From positions 1,216,001-1,280,000 of the forward strand of contig OY970209.1 in the NCBI GenBank assembly GCA_963713855.1: a stretch of DNA of 64,000 nt. Reading direction: 5' to 3'. The translations under genes and the position numbers were made by a program. This document shows positions 10,555 to 20,593 of this stretch, piece by piece. Origin of the DNA: an uncultured bacterium (GTDB taxonomy: Bacteria > Babelota > Babeliae > Babelales > Babelaceae). Positions within the stretch are counted from its first letter, which is position 1. The number at the start of each line of letters is the position of its first letter. The notes under the pieces were generated by a model, which was not told where the DNA came from, did not search any database, and saw only the letters and a list, made by a program, of their open reading frames with translations.

Positions 10555-11679
10555 ATGGAAAAACGCTTTGTTATTGACCAAAAACAGTTACTCAACTTGC
10601 TCGCTTCAATGCAACCTATCTGCACAAAGCGAAGCACGGTAGACACAACAAGCATGATCCTTTTTCAAGCGGGCTATAAAGAGCTTGTTTTAAAAAGCAC
10701 CGATCTTGAAATCAGCCTACAAGCAAGCTGCTTACTGAAAGAAAGCTCTCTTACTGAACCGGAACTCTTTCTTGTGCAGGGAAAGCGTATATTTGAAGTA
10801 GTAAAAGAGCTTGAAGGCCCGATTGAATGCTCGCTTATAAATAATCAGCTTGTGCTTGAAGCAAGCTCTGTCACGCTTAGCTTAAATGTGCGCGAGGCGC
10901 ATGAGTTTCCACCATTTCCTGAACGCATTGAAAATCTCATGCACTTGGATGCTGCAGTCTTTCTTAAGGTGCTTGACAGTGTCGCGTTCCTTATCCCACA
11001 AAACAACACAAACGCTGCACTCAATGGACTTCTTCTAGAAATTGCCCCAGATAAGCTCACCATGACAACGACAGACGGCCACTGCTTAGCCCAAGTACGT
11101 TCACCACGTTATACACTGCCTACGCGACGTACATGGCTTTTACCTCGACGGGCCATTTTTGAGCTTAAAAAGATCCTTGAAACATATCAGGATCAAGCTA
11201 TTTTTCTGGGTCTTTGTTCACAACAGCTTGTTTTTTCGGGCGAGGTTTTTAATTTCTTTACAAAGCTTCTGGCAGATCCATTCCCTCAGTATCAGAGCGT
11301 TATGGATAAAACAGCCTTTGTTCCCGCAACAATCGACCGCTCTCGCCTTATAAAAACACTTCGCCGCTCAGCCTGCCTTTTATCAGGACAGTTTCTGGCG
11401 ACCAGGTTCGCATTTACAAAAGATGCATTACGCGTATCTCTTAAAAACAAAGAAGTGGGAACACTTGATGAAGCATTGCCTATCCAAGGAGCTTTACAGG
11501 ATGAGCTTGATATACGCTTTTACGCGCCCTATCTTTTAAGCGGCCTACAAGCCTTTGCGTCAGAACAGCTTACCTTCTATCTACAAAACGGCTCAAAGCC
11601 GATTATTTTTGAAGCAGAGGACGCTGATATGCACCTAACATACCTCGTTATGCCAGTTGCACCGATGGCAGCATCGTAA
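10555..11679 (+). CDS. dnaN: DNA polymerase III beta sliding clamp
   Basis: STDLEISL, TTDGHCLA, FPQYQSV, terminal YLVMPV; ~374 aa from ATG 10555. Confidence 0.95.
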   Translation: MEKRFVIDQKQLLNLLASMQPICTKRSTVDTTSMILFQAGYKELVLKSTDLEISLQASCLLKESSLTEPELFLVQGKRIFEVVKELEGPIECSLINNQLVLEASSVTLSLNVREAHEFPPFPERIENLMHLDAAVFLKVLDSVAFLIPQNNTNAALNGLLLEIAPDKLTMTTTDGHCLAQVRSPRYTLPTRRTWLLPRRAIFELKKILETYQDQAIFLGLCSQQLVFSGEVFNFFTKLLADPFPQYQSVMDKTAFVPATIDRSRLIKTLRRSACLLSGQFLATRFAFTKDALRVSLKNKEVGTLDEALPIQGALQDELDIRFYAPYLLSGLQAFASEQLTFYLQNGSKPIIFEAEDADMHLTYLVMPVAPMAAS

Positions 11680-11681
11680 TT

Positions 11682-12737
11682 ATGTTTATTACGTCGCTCA
11701 AGCTTAAAAACTTTCGCTGTTTTAGCTCGTATGAAGCGCATTTTACAGAGCCGGTCGTTCTTATTTGTGGTCCTAACGGCTCAGGCAAAACTTCGCTTCT
11801 TGAATCGCTCTACTATTCGTGCTATTTAAAATCATTCAAAACAAAAACAACGCGTGAGCTTGTAGGTGATAGTGCTGATGCTTTTTCTATTAAGCTCGAT
11901 GTAGCACCGGTACTAAAAGAGACGAGTACTGCCGTAGCTCTTGGGTATAGCCCTGCTCGACGTATCGTAAAGCTTAATGATACACCACTAAAAGCGCATA
12001 AAGATCTTTTGGGGCTTTACCGGGTTATTGCTATTACGGACGAAGATCTTACGCTTATAAAGGGATATCCGGAGGTACGCCGTTCCTTTGTTGATCAGGC
12101 TGCAAGCTTGATTGATGCAACATACGCAAGCACGCTAAGAAAATATCTGCATATCGTCCAGCAACGTACAGCTCTTCTTGCAAGCCCTGTATTAGATAAA
12201 GAGTCATATGAGATATGGACAGCTCAACTACACGACACCGCGGATCATATACGCAATAAGAGAAGAAGGCTTTTGGCACTACTTGAGATAGAGGTCAATA
12301 AGCTGATTTCATTATTTTTTAATGGGTCACTTCAAAGTGTTAAGTTTTTATATGAGCCAAAAGAGTCCTCATATGACATCTCAAAGCAGGAACGCGCTGC
12401 TAAACGCACCCTTATAGGTGCCCACCTTGACGATTTTCAAATTGTGATACAAGCGGGCAATTCAGCCCGCTCATCACGCGCTTATGCTTCACGCGGCCAA
12501 CAAAAACTACTTGCACTTCTTCTTAAAGTTGCACAGCCAGCAGTTACGCTTCCTCAATCATGCCTTTTTCTTCTGGATGATGTTGCATGCGATCTTGATT
12601 CCACCAAATTCGAACAGTTTGTTGACCTTATCGCATCCCACAATACGCAAATCATCATTACTTCGCCTCTTGTAAGTGCACTAGATAATCCATTATGGAA
12701 GCGCTACACGCCGCAAATAATTACCCTAGGCCTGTAA
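11682..12737 (+). CDS. recF: DNA replication and repair protein RecF
   Basis: LKNFRCF, GPNGSGKT Walker A, G-PEVRRSFVD, ASRGQQK, LLDDVACDLD; directly follows dnaN. Confidence 0.93.
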   Translation: MFITSLKLKNFRCFSSYEAHFTEPVVLICGPNGSGKTSLLESLYYSCYLKSFKTKTTRELVGDSADAFSIKLDVAPVLKETSTAVALGYSPARRIVKLNDTPLKAHKDLLGLYRVIAITDEDLTLIKGYPEVRRSFVDQAASLIDATYASTLRKYLHIVQQRTALLASPVLDKESYEIWTAQLHDTADHIRNKRRRLLALLEIEVNKLISLFFNGSLQSVKFLYEPKESSYDISKQERAAKRTLIGAHLDDFQIVIQAGNSARSSRAYASRGQQKLLALLLKVAQPAVTLPQSCLFLLDDVACDLDSTKFEQFVDLIASHNTQIIITSPLVSALDNPLWKRYTPQIITLGL

Positions 12738-13698
12738 CTTTTTGAACAAATGTTTCCATTGTTGGTGCTTGTATGAACTGATCACATATGTAGTAATAAA
12801 ATGGGCAGCTATATGCAGTGTCCGAATGCTTGTGTGGCGTGATAAAGGCAGCTTTGGAAGTTTTAGTGGCTTTCCAAAGTTTTTCAAAATGGCTAGGCAA
12901 AACCATGCGGTCATCCTGCCCGTAAATAAATAAAATCGGAGTATCTGTCAGATACGGCAAATACTCCTCAATCGATACACGCGGCACGAGAAGTTTTAAA
13001 AGCATAAGAAGCGGTTGCCGGACTAATGCAAAGGCCAAAATCGATTTAATAAGGGCTGGAGCACCTCCATCCTGAGGATTAAATGGCAGCCATGGATCTA
13101 AGCTGATACTTTCTGCCAGAGCATAGAGTGAAAGCCAGCAACTGTCCAAAATAAGCTTATCAAATAAGCGCTTTCCTACCTTTTGAGCATTTACTTGAGC
13201 TTGAACAAAATGAAAATTACTGTAGCAATGTCCAAGGCAAACCTTCTGCTCATAATTCTTACGCTGCTCCAAAAAACGGGCAACAGCGCAGATCTCTTCC
13301 TCTTCTTGATAGATAAAGGTATCAAGCGGGCAAAGCCAAGTAGATCCATTTAATAAAAGAGGTAGCAACGTGTTCCAGCGATAATCAAACGTAATGATAT
13401 CATAGTCAGAAAAAAATCTTGCTAAATGAACCATGGAAAGCTTATCACCAGGAAACCCCTGTCCTAAAATAAGCACTCTTGGGCTTTTTCGATCAAAAAA
13501 ATACGCCTCGAAAGATAGGCCACTTTCAGTTTTTAAAGTAAGCAACTGCGGCTCCAGAATGCCTTGTAGAAGGCTTTGCGTGTATTGAGAAACCACTATG
13601 CTCTGTTTTTGAGTATCCGTCCTCAAAAAGTACCCACTTACGTCGCACTGCGCGCTAAACACACCAAGCAAAAAAATACCAAGCGCCCAAAACATCAA
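12721..13698 (-). CDS. Secreted alpha/beta-hydrolase fold protein
   Basis: GQGFPG, FDYRW, LGHCYS (Cys at nucleophile position), ILDS, PILFIYGQDDRMV, late His (HKHSD). Confidence 0.7.
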   Translation of the reverse strand: MMFWALGIFLLGVFSAQCDVSGYFLRTDTQKQSIVVSQYTQSLLQGILEPQLLTLKTESGLSFEAYFFDRKSPRVLILGQGFPGDKLSMVHLARFFSDYDIITFDYRWNTLLPLLLNGSTWLCPLDTFIYQEEEEICAVARFLEQRKNYEQKVCLGHCYSNFHFVQAQVNAQKVGKRLFDKLILDSCWLSLYALAESISLDPWLPFNPQDGGAPALIKSILAFALVRQPLLMLLKLLVPRVSIEEYLPYLTDTPILFIYGQDDRMVLPSHFEKLWKATKTSKAAFITPHKHSDTAYSCPFYYYICDQFIQAPTMETFVQKVTGLG

Positions 13699-14039
13699 AA
13701 TTCCTTAAATCGATATATTCATAAAAGTACCATAATGATAGGTAACTGTCACAATTGCATTATTTTGCAAAATGTATATTATTATTTAAAAATTAACCAA
13801 TGAAGATACTAAGGGCATTATGTAAAACTTACCCTTCTGTGTGCAGTATTCTCAAAACAAAGACTTTCTATTAGCCCATCCATTCCTTTGCCTCTCGTAT
13901 CAAACGCTTTGAGTATCTCTTGAGCGCCCGTTTCATTATCTGCTAAAATGCTTTGTCAATAAAAATGCCTAGCACCTAAGTCAAATATAAGCCAATTAAA
14001 AAGCCTTTAAGCTATGGCTCTCAGAGAAAAGGAATAACC

Positions 14040-15104
14040 TTGTTTTACAACTACACAAAACATAGTATTGGTATAGTTCTTTTTAGCTTTAGCATTTTAA
14101 GCAACTGCCAGAGTGATTTAGCTTATCCTCAAGCCTATAAAGACATAGCGAAAATTATGAACTGGAAAATCGGCGTGTGTGTAACGGCATACAATCGTCC
14201 AACCTATTTTAGACAAACATTAGCTGCATTCGAGTTAAATCCAGAATCAGAGTCTTTGCCTTTTTTCTTTATACTCGATGGGGGACCAAAGGCAACGCAA
14301 TTTGAGAATAAAGAATTGATCGTTAATTCTAAAATAAAAAGTAAAGAAATTATATACCGAGATCGTAATTATGGCTGCGGAAGAAATATTATCGATGCGC
14401 GCAGATTCATGTTCGATTGGTGTGGCTTTGAAATAGTTTTTTTCTTTGAAGACGATTTAATCGTAAGCTCTTCATACTTCTCAGTACTCAAAAATATCTA
14501 TAACTGGTCGCGGCGCTTTCAAAACATTGGCGTTGTTCAAGGCTGGAATAAATGCTTGTTAACGTATGAAGAAAAAATACCTCTAGCAAAGCATATTAAG
14601 GAGTTACCTGGACCTATTGCAGGAAGTGGAGCAGATTTATGGGGATGGGTCCTTCATAAGGACGCGTGGCGCAGCATCAAGCCCATACTTTATGCTTTTG
14701 AGAAACTGTTCTTAAAAAACATAGATTACTGTGCGCGAGACCATAAAACGATACGGTCTTGGCTTATTTCTACCATTCCTCCTTTGCTGATCGAAAAAAA
14801 ATGTCCTGTACTTCAAGACCCCAATAAACAGTGTCCAAGGATGCATAAAAATATCCCGCGTTATGGTCTGCCCGCTGATCTCTCCATTTTGACATCAAAT
14901 TATTCGAGCCAAGACGCAGTGACTCTTCTTGCTCTCGCCATAACCGGCTACAAACGCTTAGCTACAACCGTTAATCGTGTGATCTACATAGGTGCAGATG
15001 GCGTCCATTTTTTTCCTGCTTTGTGGAAGAGCTTAGGATATGATCAAATGCACCTTGATGAAATGCCGGAAGACGCCTTAATACAAGATTTTGAATTGAC
15101 CTAA
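14040..15104 (+). CDS. Glycosyltransferase, GT-A fold
   Basis: TAYNRPTYF, ILDGG, NYGC, FFEDDL acidic motif, WGW, YIGADGVH. Confidence 0.75.
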   Translation: MFYNYTKHSIGIVLFSFSILSNCQSDLAYPQAYKDIAKIMNWKIGVCVTAYNRPTYFRQTLAAFELNPESESLPFFFILDGGPKATQFENKELIVNSKIKSKEIIYRDRNYGCGRNIIDARRFMFDWCGFEIVFFFEDDLIVSSSYFSVLKNIYNWSRRFQNIGVVQGWNKCLLTYEEKIPLAKHIKELPGPIAGSGADLWGWVLHKDAWRSIKPILYAFEKLFLKNIDYCARDHKTIRSWLISTIPPLLIEKKCPVLQDPNKQCPRMHKNIPRYGLPADLSILTSNYSSQDAVTLLALAITGYKRLATTVNRVIYIGADGVHFFPALWKSLGYDQMHLDEMPEDALIQDFELT

Positions 15105-15388
15105 TGCTGTTTAGGCATGACCGTTTGGTACCATTTTAAAGATCTCCACAAAAGTACCGGTATTCAAGTAGTTTTCTTAGCAAATCCTTAAGATACACGT
15201 TTTCTTGAACGGGGGTAGATATAAACTGCTGCGTATGAAAAAACAGCATTAATGAAAGCCCTAGATACCAATCAAATAGCATCTGTCCAATATAGCCAGA
15301 CATTAAAGACGCTCTCTCAAGAATAGTACAATTTTAAGAACGATTCTCATCTGGACTGATCTGGAAGCATTTTATAAATTTCGTTATG

Positions 15389-15416
15389 TTGACAAATAAA
15401 ATAAAACAAGTAATCT
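15389..15416 (+). promoter_or_regulatory. Sigma70-like promoter
   Basis: TTGACA (15389)-16 bp-TAATCT (15411). Confidence 0.5.
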
Positions 15417-15484
15417 AAGACATGAAAAGATTGAAAAAACTCTCTTTTCAACTTTAATTAGGCTTCATTACTACTCTCCTTTTT

Positions 15485-15521
15485 CCACCATACTGACGCC
15501 AGTCAGTATGGTGGTTTTTTT
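15485..15521 (+). terminator. Rho-independent terminator upstream of the S8 peptidase gene
   Basis: Perfect 13-bp stem CCACCATACTGAC-GCCA-GTCAGTATGGTGG followed by T7. Confidence 0.85.
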
Positions 15522-15571
15522 GTGTCCAAAATGAGTAGACTACAAAAAGACAAAGCTAATAAAGGTTTTTT

Positions 15572-16753
15572 ATGCTGCTCATCGCTCTCCTGTTCCTGCT
15601 CAATACGAGTTATACTGCAGGCCTCGCACTAAAAGCCCTTTCTTCTACTACGGAAGTTTTAAAAGCCTCAGAGGAGCACAAAGACAAGATATGGTGGCAC
15701 TACTGCTTTCCCGTCGCAGGCATATATACTCATCCTCGCTATTTTCCGCCACGTTATACCTTTATACCCCATCAGTATTCACTGGAAATACTTGCCCCTA
15801 AAAAAGGGCTTGGTATTCGAATCGTTATGATCGACGTAAAAAAGCAACCCAACGCTGATGTAACAAAAAATCCCCTTTCGGGACATGCAGCGCACGCTTA
15901 TTCGCTCATAAAGCGAGAATGTAAGAGCGATATCGTGTGCTTATACTTAGAGAAAAACGATAAAGCTTCTCTCCTTAAAGCTCTAGATAGTGCTGCGGCT
16001 TTAAAGCCTGATATACTTCTGCTCAATCTTAAGCTTGACGACAACATAAATCCAGATACGCCTCTGTCACAGCTTCTCAACGCGCGCTTAAAATCATTTT
16101 CATACGTTGTCGCAGCAGCGGGAAACGACGGCAACTCCCAAATTGCCTACCCAGCACGATTTGAAGGAGTAACGTTTTCTGTCGGGGCATTTGGCATCAA
16201 AGAAGAAAGCGAATCATACTTTCCAACACCGTATGTGCCCTCTTTTTCGCAGCGTGAACCTCAAAAGGGGCCTACTTTCTTAGCCCCCGGGGTACACGTA
16301 CTTTCAAAAGCCGACCCTTCAGATTGGTATCTTACTATGAGCGGCACATCAACGGCAGCTTCGATGGTTGCACTGATGCTTGCACTTTTTCTGGGTGAAT
16401 ATAAGGAAGTACTCACCAAAGAAGAAAGCATCCAAGTTCTTACAGCTTCCTGCGTGCTACCAGCACCTACAAAAGAGTGGCTATCGGCCTCGATAAACGG
16501 CATTCTTGACTGTAGAACTGCGCTTTTTATAGGGCTTTGCGCTTCTAAAATGAAAAAAAGATGCAAGCTGCCTTTTACTGAAAGCGTAGAAGAGATTAAA
16601 AAGTATCTTTCTGCGACAAAACCGTGCCCATTTACCGATTTTCTATCCCATGCTCGACAATCTGCCGCTAAAGGACTATGCGCTACTGCCGTCCTGCCGA
16701 CTTCTTTTCATATAAAAACTCTCGTTAGAAAGCGGCAATATCAGAGGTCTTAA
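15572..16753 (+). CDS. Secreted subtilisin-like (S8) serine peptidase, divergent
   Basis: IVMID (Asp), GHAAH (His), VAAAGNDG (oxyanion Asn), YPAR, APG, MSGTSTAA (Ser). Confidence 0.8.
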   Translation: MLLIALLFLLNTSYTAGLALKALSSTTEVLKASEEHKDKIWWHYCFPVAGIYTHPRYFPPRYTFIPHQYSLEILAPKKGLGIRIVMIDVKKQPNADVTKNPLSGHAAHAYSLIKRECKSDIVCLYLEKNDKASLLKALDSAAALKPDILLLNLKLDDNINPDTPLSQLLNARLKSFSYVVAAAGNDGNSQIAYPARFEGVTFSVGAFGIKEESESYFPTPYVPSFSQREPQKGPTFLAPGVHVLSKADPSDWYLTMSGTSTAASMVALMLALFLGEYKEVLTKEESIQVLTASCVLPAPTKEWLSASINGILDCRTALFIGLCASKMKKRCKLPFTESVEEIKKYLSATKPCPFTDFLSHARQSAAKGLCATAVLPTSFHIKTLVRKRQYQRS

Positions 16754-16917
16754 GTTTTTCTTCTTTTACCCAGTCCGTGAACTGTATGTCATACACCTTG
16801 GTAACATTGCGGTGTTTCTCCTTAGCCTTACATCTTGCCATTAGCTCGTGCGCAAGTATCTTGCTATCCGTTTGAGTGGGATAAAAAATTATCGGTTGTA
16901 AACGACAAGATCTTTAA

Positions 16918-16946
16918 TTGACATTTTCTTATCGCTTGACTAGAGT
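16918..16946 (+). promoter_or_regulatory. Sigma70-like promoter for beta-propeller gene A
   Basis: TTGACA-17 bp-TAGAGT. Confidence 0.45.
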
Positions 16947-17056
16947 GACGCCTGGATAAACTTCAAGTTAAAAATTTTTGTAATAAAGATGGAGAGAAAA
17001 GGAAAACATACCCATTATAAATTACATGTTCGACTGTATAAATAAAATGGTGGCTT

Positions 17057-18316
17057 GTGAAAATTACAATTTTACTCTGCACAGTGGCATCTCTTTTAGT
17101 AAATCTACGATCTAATGCTACATGTTCTCTGCAGTCAGGCACTTCGTATGCTTTACCTGCTGGATCTACGGGGCCTAGTGCAATAGCATTTTCGCCTTCA
17201 GGCAGCTATGTGGCTATTGCTAATGACAACTCCAATGATGTGACCGTATTTCAGATATCAGGCGGAGGAACCTTAAATGGAGGCACTTCGTATGCTTTGC
17301 CCGCCGGCTCTACTCATCCCTTCTCAGTAGCATTCTCGCCAAATGGCACATACGTAGCTACTGCTAATTATTTCTCAAGCGATGTCACCGTGTTTACGGT
17401 AGGAGCGGGAGAAACCTTAAGTGGTGGTACTTCATATGCTTTACTTGCTGGTTCTAACAGCCCCTACTCAGTAGCGTTCTCACCAGATGGCACATACGTG
17501 GCCACTGCTAATGGCTCAAATAACGTAATAGTGTTTACGGTGGGGTCAGGTGGAGCTTTAAGCAATGGTACCTCGTATACCTTACCTGCTGGTTCGACGC
17601 CACCCATCTCAATAGCGTTCTCACCTGATGGCACGTACCTCGCTACTGCTAATTCTTTCAGTGGCTCTACTAACGGAAGCGTAACAGTATTTACGGTAGG
17701 AGTAGGAGGAGTATTAAGCAATAGTACCTCGTATGCTTTACCCGCTGGTTCTATAGATCCCGTTTCAGTGGCTTTTTCGCCTTCTGGAGCGTATTTAGCC
17801 ACTGCTAATGGTGCCGCTGGGTCTACTAGTGGGGACGTAACCGTATTTACGGTGGGAGCAGGAGGAGTTTTAAGTAATGGTACCTCGTATGCTTTACCCG
17901 CTGGCTCTAGAGATCCCAATTCAGTAGCGTTCTCACCAGACGGCTCATATCTCGTGACTGCTAACAACTTTACTCCAGGAAGTAGTGTAACCGTATTTAC
18001 GGTAGGAGCTGGAGGAGCCTTGAGCAATGGTACTTCATACGCATTACCAGCTGGTTCTGTAAACCCCGAATCAGTAGCATTCTCGCCTTCTGGCGCGTAC
18101 GTGACTACAGCTAATTACGGCTCTAATGACGTAACAATATTCGACATACTCGGATGTGTTACTACTACAACAACCACGCCCACAACAACAACCACCTTTC
18201 CAATAACAACTACGCCGCGCCCTACAACTATAAGCAGTACTTCGGCTCGGCTTAACAGCGTATCGTCTCGTGTTATTTCTCTTATATACGGCTTTTTAAT
18301 GAGTAAGACAGAGTAA
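17057..18316 (+). CDS. Secreted 7-bladed beta-propeller (lactonase/YVTN-like repeats) with Thr-rich stalk (paralog A)
   Basis: Seven ~46-aa repeats SYALPAGSxxPxSVAFSPxGxYxATANxxSxxVTVF; signal peptide; poly-Thr tail and hydrophobic C-terminus. Confidence 0.85.
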   Translation: MKITILLCTVASLLVNLRSNATCSLQSGTSYALPAGSTGPSAIAFSPSGSYVAIANDNSNDVTVFQISGGGTLNGGTSYALPAGSTHPFSVAFSPNGTYVATANYFSSDVTVFTVGAGETLSGGTSYALLAGSNSPYSVAFSPDGTYVATANGSNNVIVFTVGSGGALSNGTSYTLPAGSTPPISIAFSPDGTYLATANSFSGSTNGSVTVFTVGVGGVLSNSTSYALPAGSIDPVSVAFSPSGAYLATANGAAGSTSGDVTVFTVGAGGVLSNGTSYALPAGSRDPNSVAFSPDGSYLVTANNFTPGSSVTVFTVGAGGALSNGTSYALPAGSVNPESVAFSPSGAYVTTANYGSNDVTIFDILGCVTTTTTTPTTTTTFPITTTPRPTTISSTSARLNSVSSRVISLIYGFLMSKTE

Positions 18317-18409
18317 GAGTTAACCCGTCTACGATTTAGAAACTGTTCAGGCTTATTTGGGAGGGGCGGATAATAATAAATATATCTTGCTCTCCTAAAC
18401 TCCAAGATA

Positions 18410-18470
18410 TCATCGTGTTTACGGTAAGAAGAATCTTAGCGGTAGCACACTAATGATTTTACCTTCAGGC
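18410..18470 (+). pseudogene. Decayed fragment of a beta-propeller blade repeat
   Basis: GTGTTTACGGTAAGAAGAATCTTAGCGGTAGCAC...TTTACCTTCAGGC resembles blade DNA (GTATTTACGGTAGGATCAGGAGGAATCTTAAGTGGTGGTAC...TTTACC) with indels. Confidence 0.5.
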
Positions 18471-18547
18471 CAATAAAAATGATCCTAGTGTGCCTCATGA
18501 GTCTCAGGCCACGTTGGACAAAAGATATTTTTAATTGCTCCAAAAAA

Positions 18548-18580
18548 GACCTTCAAGGACTCTTTCAATCCTTGAAGGTC
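18548..18580. terminator. Hairpin/terminator between convergent propeller genes
   Basis: GACCTTCAAGGA-N9-TCCTTGAAGGTC 12-bp stem, preceded by A6 (U-tract on the minus strand). Confidence 0.75.
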
Positions 18581-18628
18581 TCACGCTAGCGCTGAAGCCA
18601 CAGAGAGGTTATAGATGAGTTAACACTC

Positions 18629-19900
18629 TTACTCTGTCGCCCTTTCTTCGTTTAAGAAGCGCATATAAGAGAAAATACTAGACAATAGACTGCTAGTAAG
18701 AGCCGAAGTACCGCTTATAGTTGTAGGGCGTGGCGTGGTTGTTATTGGAAAGGTGGTTGTTGTTGCGAGCGTGGTTGTACTGGTGGTTGTTGTTGTGGGC
18801 GGTGTGGTTGTTGTCGTGGTCGTGGTTGTTGTAGTAGTGACACATCCGAGTATGTCGAATATTGTTACGTTGGCTGAGCCATAATTAGCTGTAGCCAGGA
18901 ATAAGTTATAAGGTAAGAACGCTGCTGAGAAAGGATTTGTAGATCCAGCTGGTAAAGCATACGAGGTACCACCACTTAAGATTCCTCCTGATCCTACCGT
19001 AAATACGGTGACATCAGTTGATCCATCATTAGCAGTAGCTAAGTACGAACCATCTGGTGAGAACGCTACTGAAAAAGGACTGAGAGAACCACCAGGTAAA
19101 GCATATGAGGTACCACTGCCTAAGCTTCCTCCTACTGTAAACACGGTGACGTCAGCTGAATTGCTATTAGCAGTAGCTAAGTATGCACCAGACGGTGAGA
19201 ATACTACTGATTGAGGGTGGCTAGAACCAGTAGGTAAGGTATACGAAGCACCGTTGCTTAAGGCTCCTCCTGACCCCACCGTAAATACGGTTACGTCATT
19301 GGAAATAAGATTAGCGGTGGCAAGGTATGTGCCATCTGGTGAGAACACTACTGAGTAAGGTTCTCTAGAGCCAACGGGTAAAGCATACGAAGTACCATTG
19401 CTTAAAGTTTCTCCCGCTCCCACCGTAAAGATTGTTACGTTGTTGGTGCTTAAATTAGCACAAGCCAGATACGTGCCACTTGGTGAGAACGCTACTGACT
19501 GGGGACTAGTAGAACCGGCGGGTAAAGCGTATGAAGTGCCACCACTTAAGACTCCCCCGCCTGATATTTTAAATACAGTCACGTCATTGGAGTTGTCATT
19601 AGCAGTAGCCACATAGCTACCTGAAGGCGCGAATGCTATTGCACTTGGCCCCGTAGATCCACCAGGTAAAGCATACGAGGTACCACCACTTAAAACTGTC
19701 CCTGTTCCTACTGCAAAGACGGTAACATCGTTTGAGCCATAATTAACAGTAACTAGGTATGCGCCGGAAGGGTTGAAAACTGCTTGGTAGGGATTCGTAG
19801 AACCTGCAGGTAAAGCATATGAGGTAGCACATGTAGCACTAGATTGTAGATTTACTAAAAGAGATGCTACCGTGCAGAGTAAAATTGTTATATTTTTCAT
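18629..19900 (-). CDS. Secreted 7-bladed beta-propeller with Thr-rich stalk (paralog B)
   Basis: Same repeat as paralog A, seven copies; near-identical signal peptide and DILGCVTTT...PRPTTIS tail; likely start MKNITILL. Confidence 0.85.
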   Translation of the reverse strand: MKNITILLCTVASLLVNLQSSATCATSYALPAGSTNPYQAVFNPSGAYLVTVNYGSNDVTVFAVGTGTVLSGGTSYALPGGSTGPSAIAFAPSGSYVATANDNSNDVTVFKISGGGVLSGGTSYALPAGSTSPQSVAFSPSGTYLACANLSTNNVTIFTVGAGETLSNGTSYALPVGSREPYSVVFSPDGTYLATANLISNDVTVFTVGSGGALSNGASYTLPTGSSHPQSVVFSPSGAYLATANSNSADVTVFTVGGSLGSGTSYALPGGSLSPFSVAFSPDGSYLATANDGSTDVTVFTVGSGGILSGGTSYALPAGSTNPFSAAFLPYNLFLATANYGSANVTIFDILGCVTTTTTTTTTTTTPPTTTTTSTTTLATTTTFPITTTPRPTTISGTSALTSSLLSSIFSYMRFLNEERATE

Positions 19901-20254
19901 AAAGACTCTCATTTTTATAAGTTACAAGCACAAAATTTTAGTACATCGCATTTATGGATTTATTGGACCGCCTTTCCTCTCTCCTTTCTCCTTTGGTAGT
20001 GGTCAAGTTACTAAGTATCTTTTATGTGTGGATTCTTTCTCTTTTCTTCACCATAAGTCGATCTTTGCTAATGATACTCAGGAAGAGCAAAAATCATAAT
20101 TCGCCTTTATTCTTCAAGGAATCATGTTGCTAGATCTATTGGTGTTTGGAACGAGTCTTCCTCAAATACCTTAATCAAATTTTGCCCCTTGGTAAGACTT
20201 AAAGAGGTAAAAAAGTATTATAGACGTAGTTATGTGCGACGATTGCCAGCGAGA

Positions 20255-20307
20255 GTTGACAGTAACAAAATGCTGACCATTGGATAAAATGCTACTGAAT
20301 GGGGATT
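20255..20307 (-). pseudogene. Decayed fragment of a beta-propeller blade repeat
   Basis: Minus strand reads NPHSVAFYP then, after a 1-nt frameshift, NGQHFVTVN, matching the blade consensus xPxSVAFSPNGxYLVTAN. Confidence 0.65.
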
Positions 20308-20593
20308 CTATATTGCACAGCAGTATGCCGAATAGAATTCATCACATCCCCTTTAATGCAAAAAATCGTCCACCCAAAGATATACCATTTTTATAACCAG
20401 TCAAACAAATGTTACAGATTCTTAAAGTCGATTCATGAAAATAGCGACTTTATTATTCTTCTGCTCCACTTTTAACCGCAACCTATGCTTCAAAAGCTGC
20501 AAGCCAACCATGCTAAAAAAGGATTTACTTCTTCTACTATTATCAAAGTATAAGTATACTAATATAATTATCTTGGATACATGGGAATTATAC

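Noticed and set aside
16725..16910. Minus-strand open stretch (QFTDWVKEEKLK) as a RelE-like toxin relic
   Set aside because: Similarity too short to support; no antitoxin partner or clear start.
17464..18027. Long antisense ORFs over propeller, dnaB, toxin and low-complexity genes
   Set aside because: Shadow frames of repetitive or biased coding sequence with no independent motifs.
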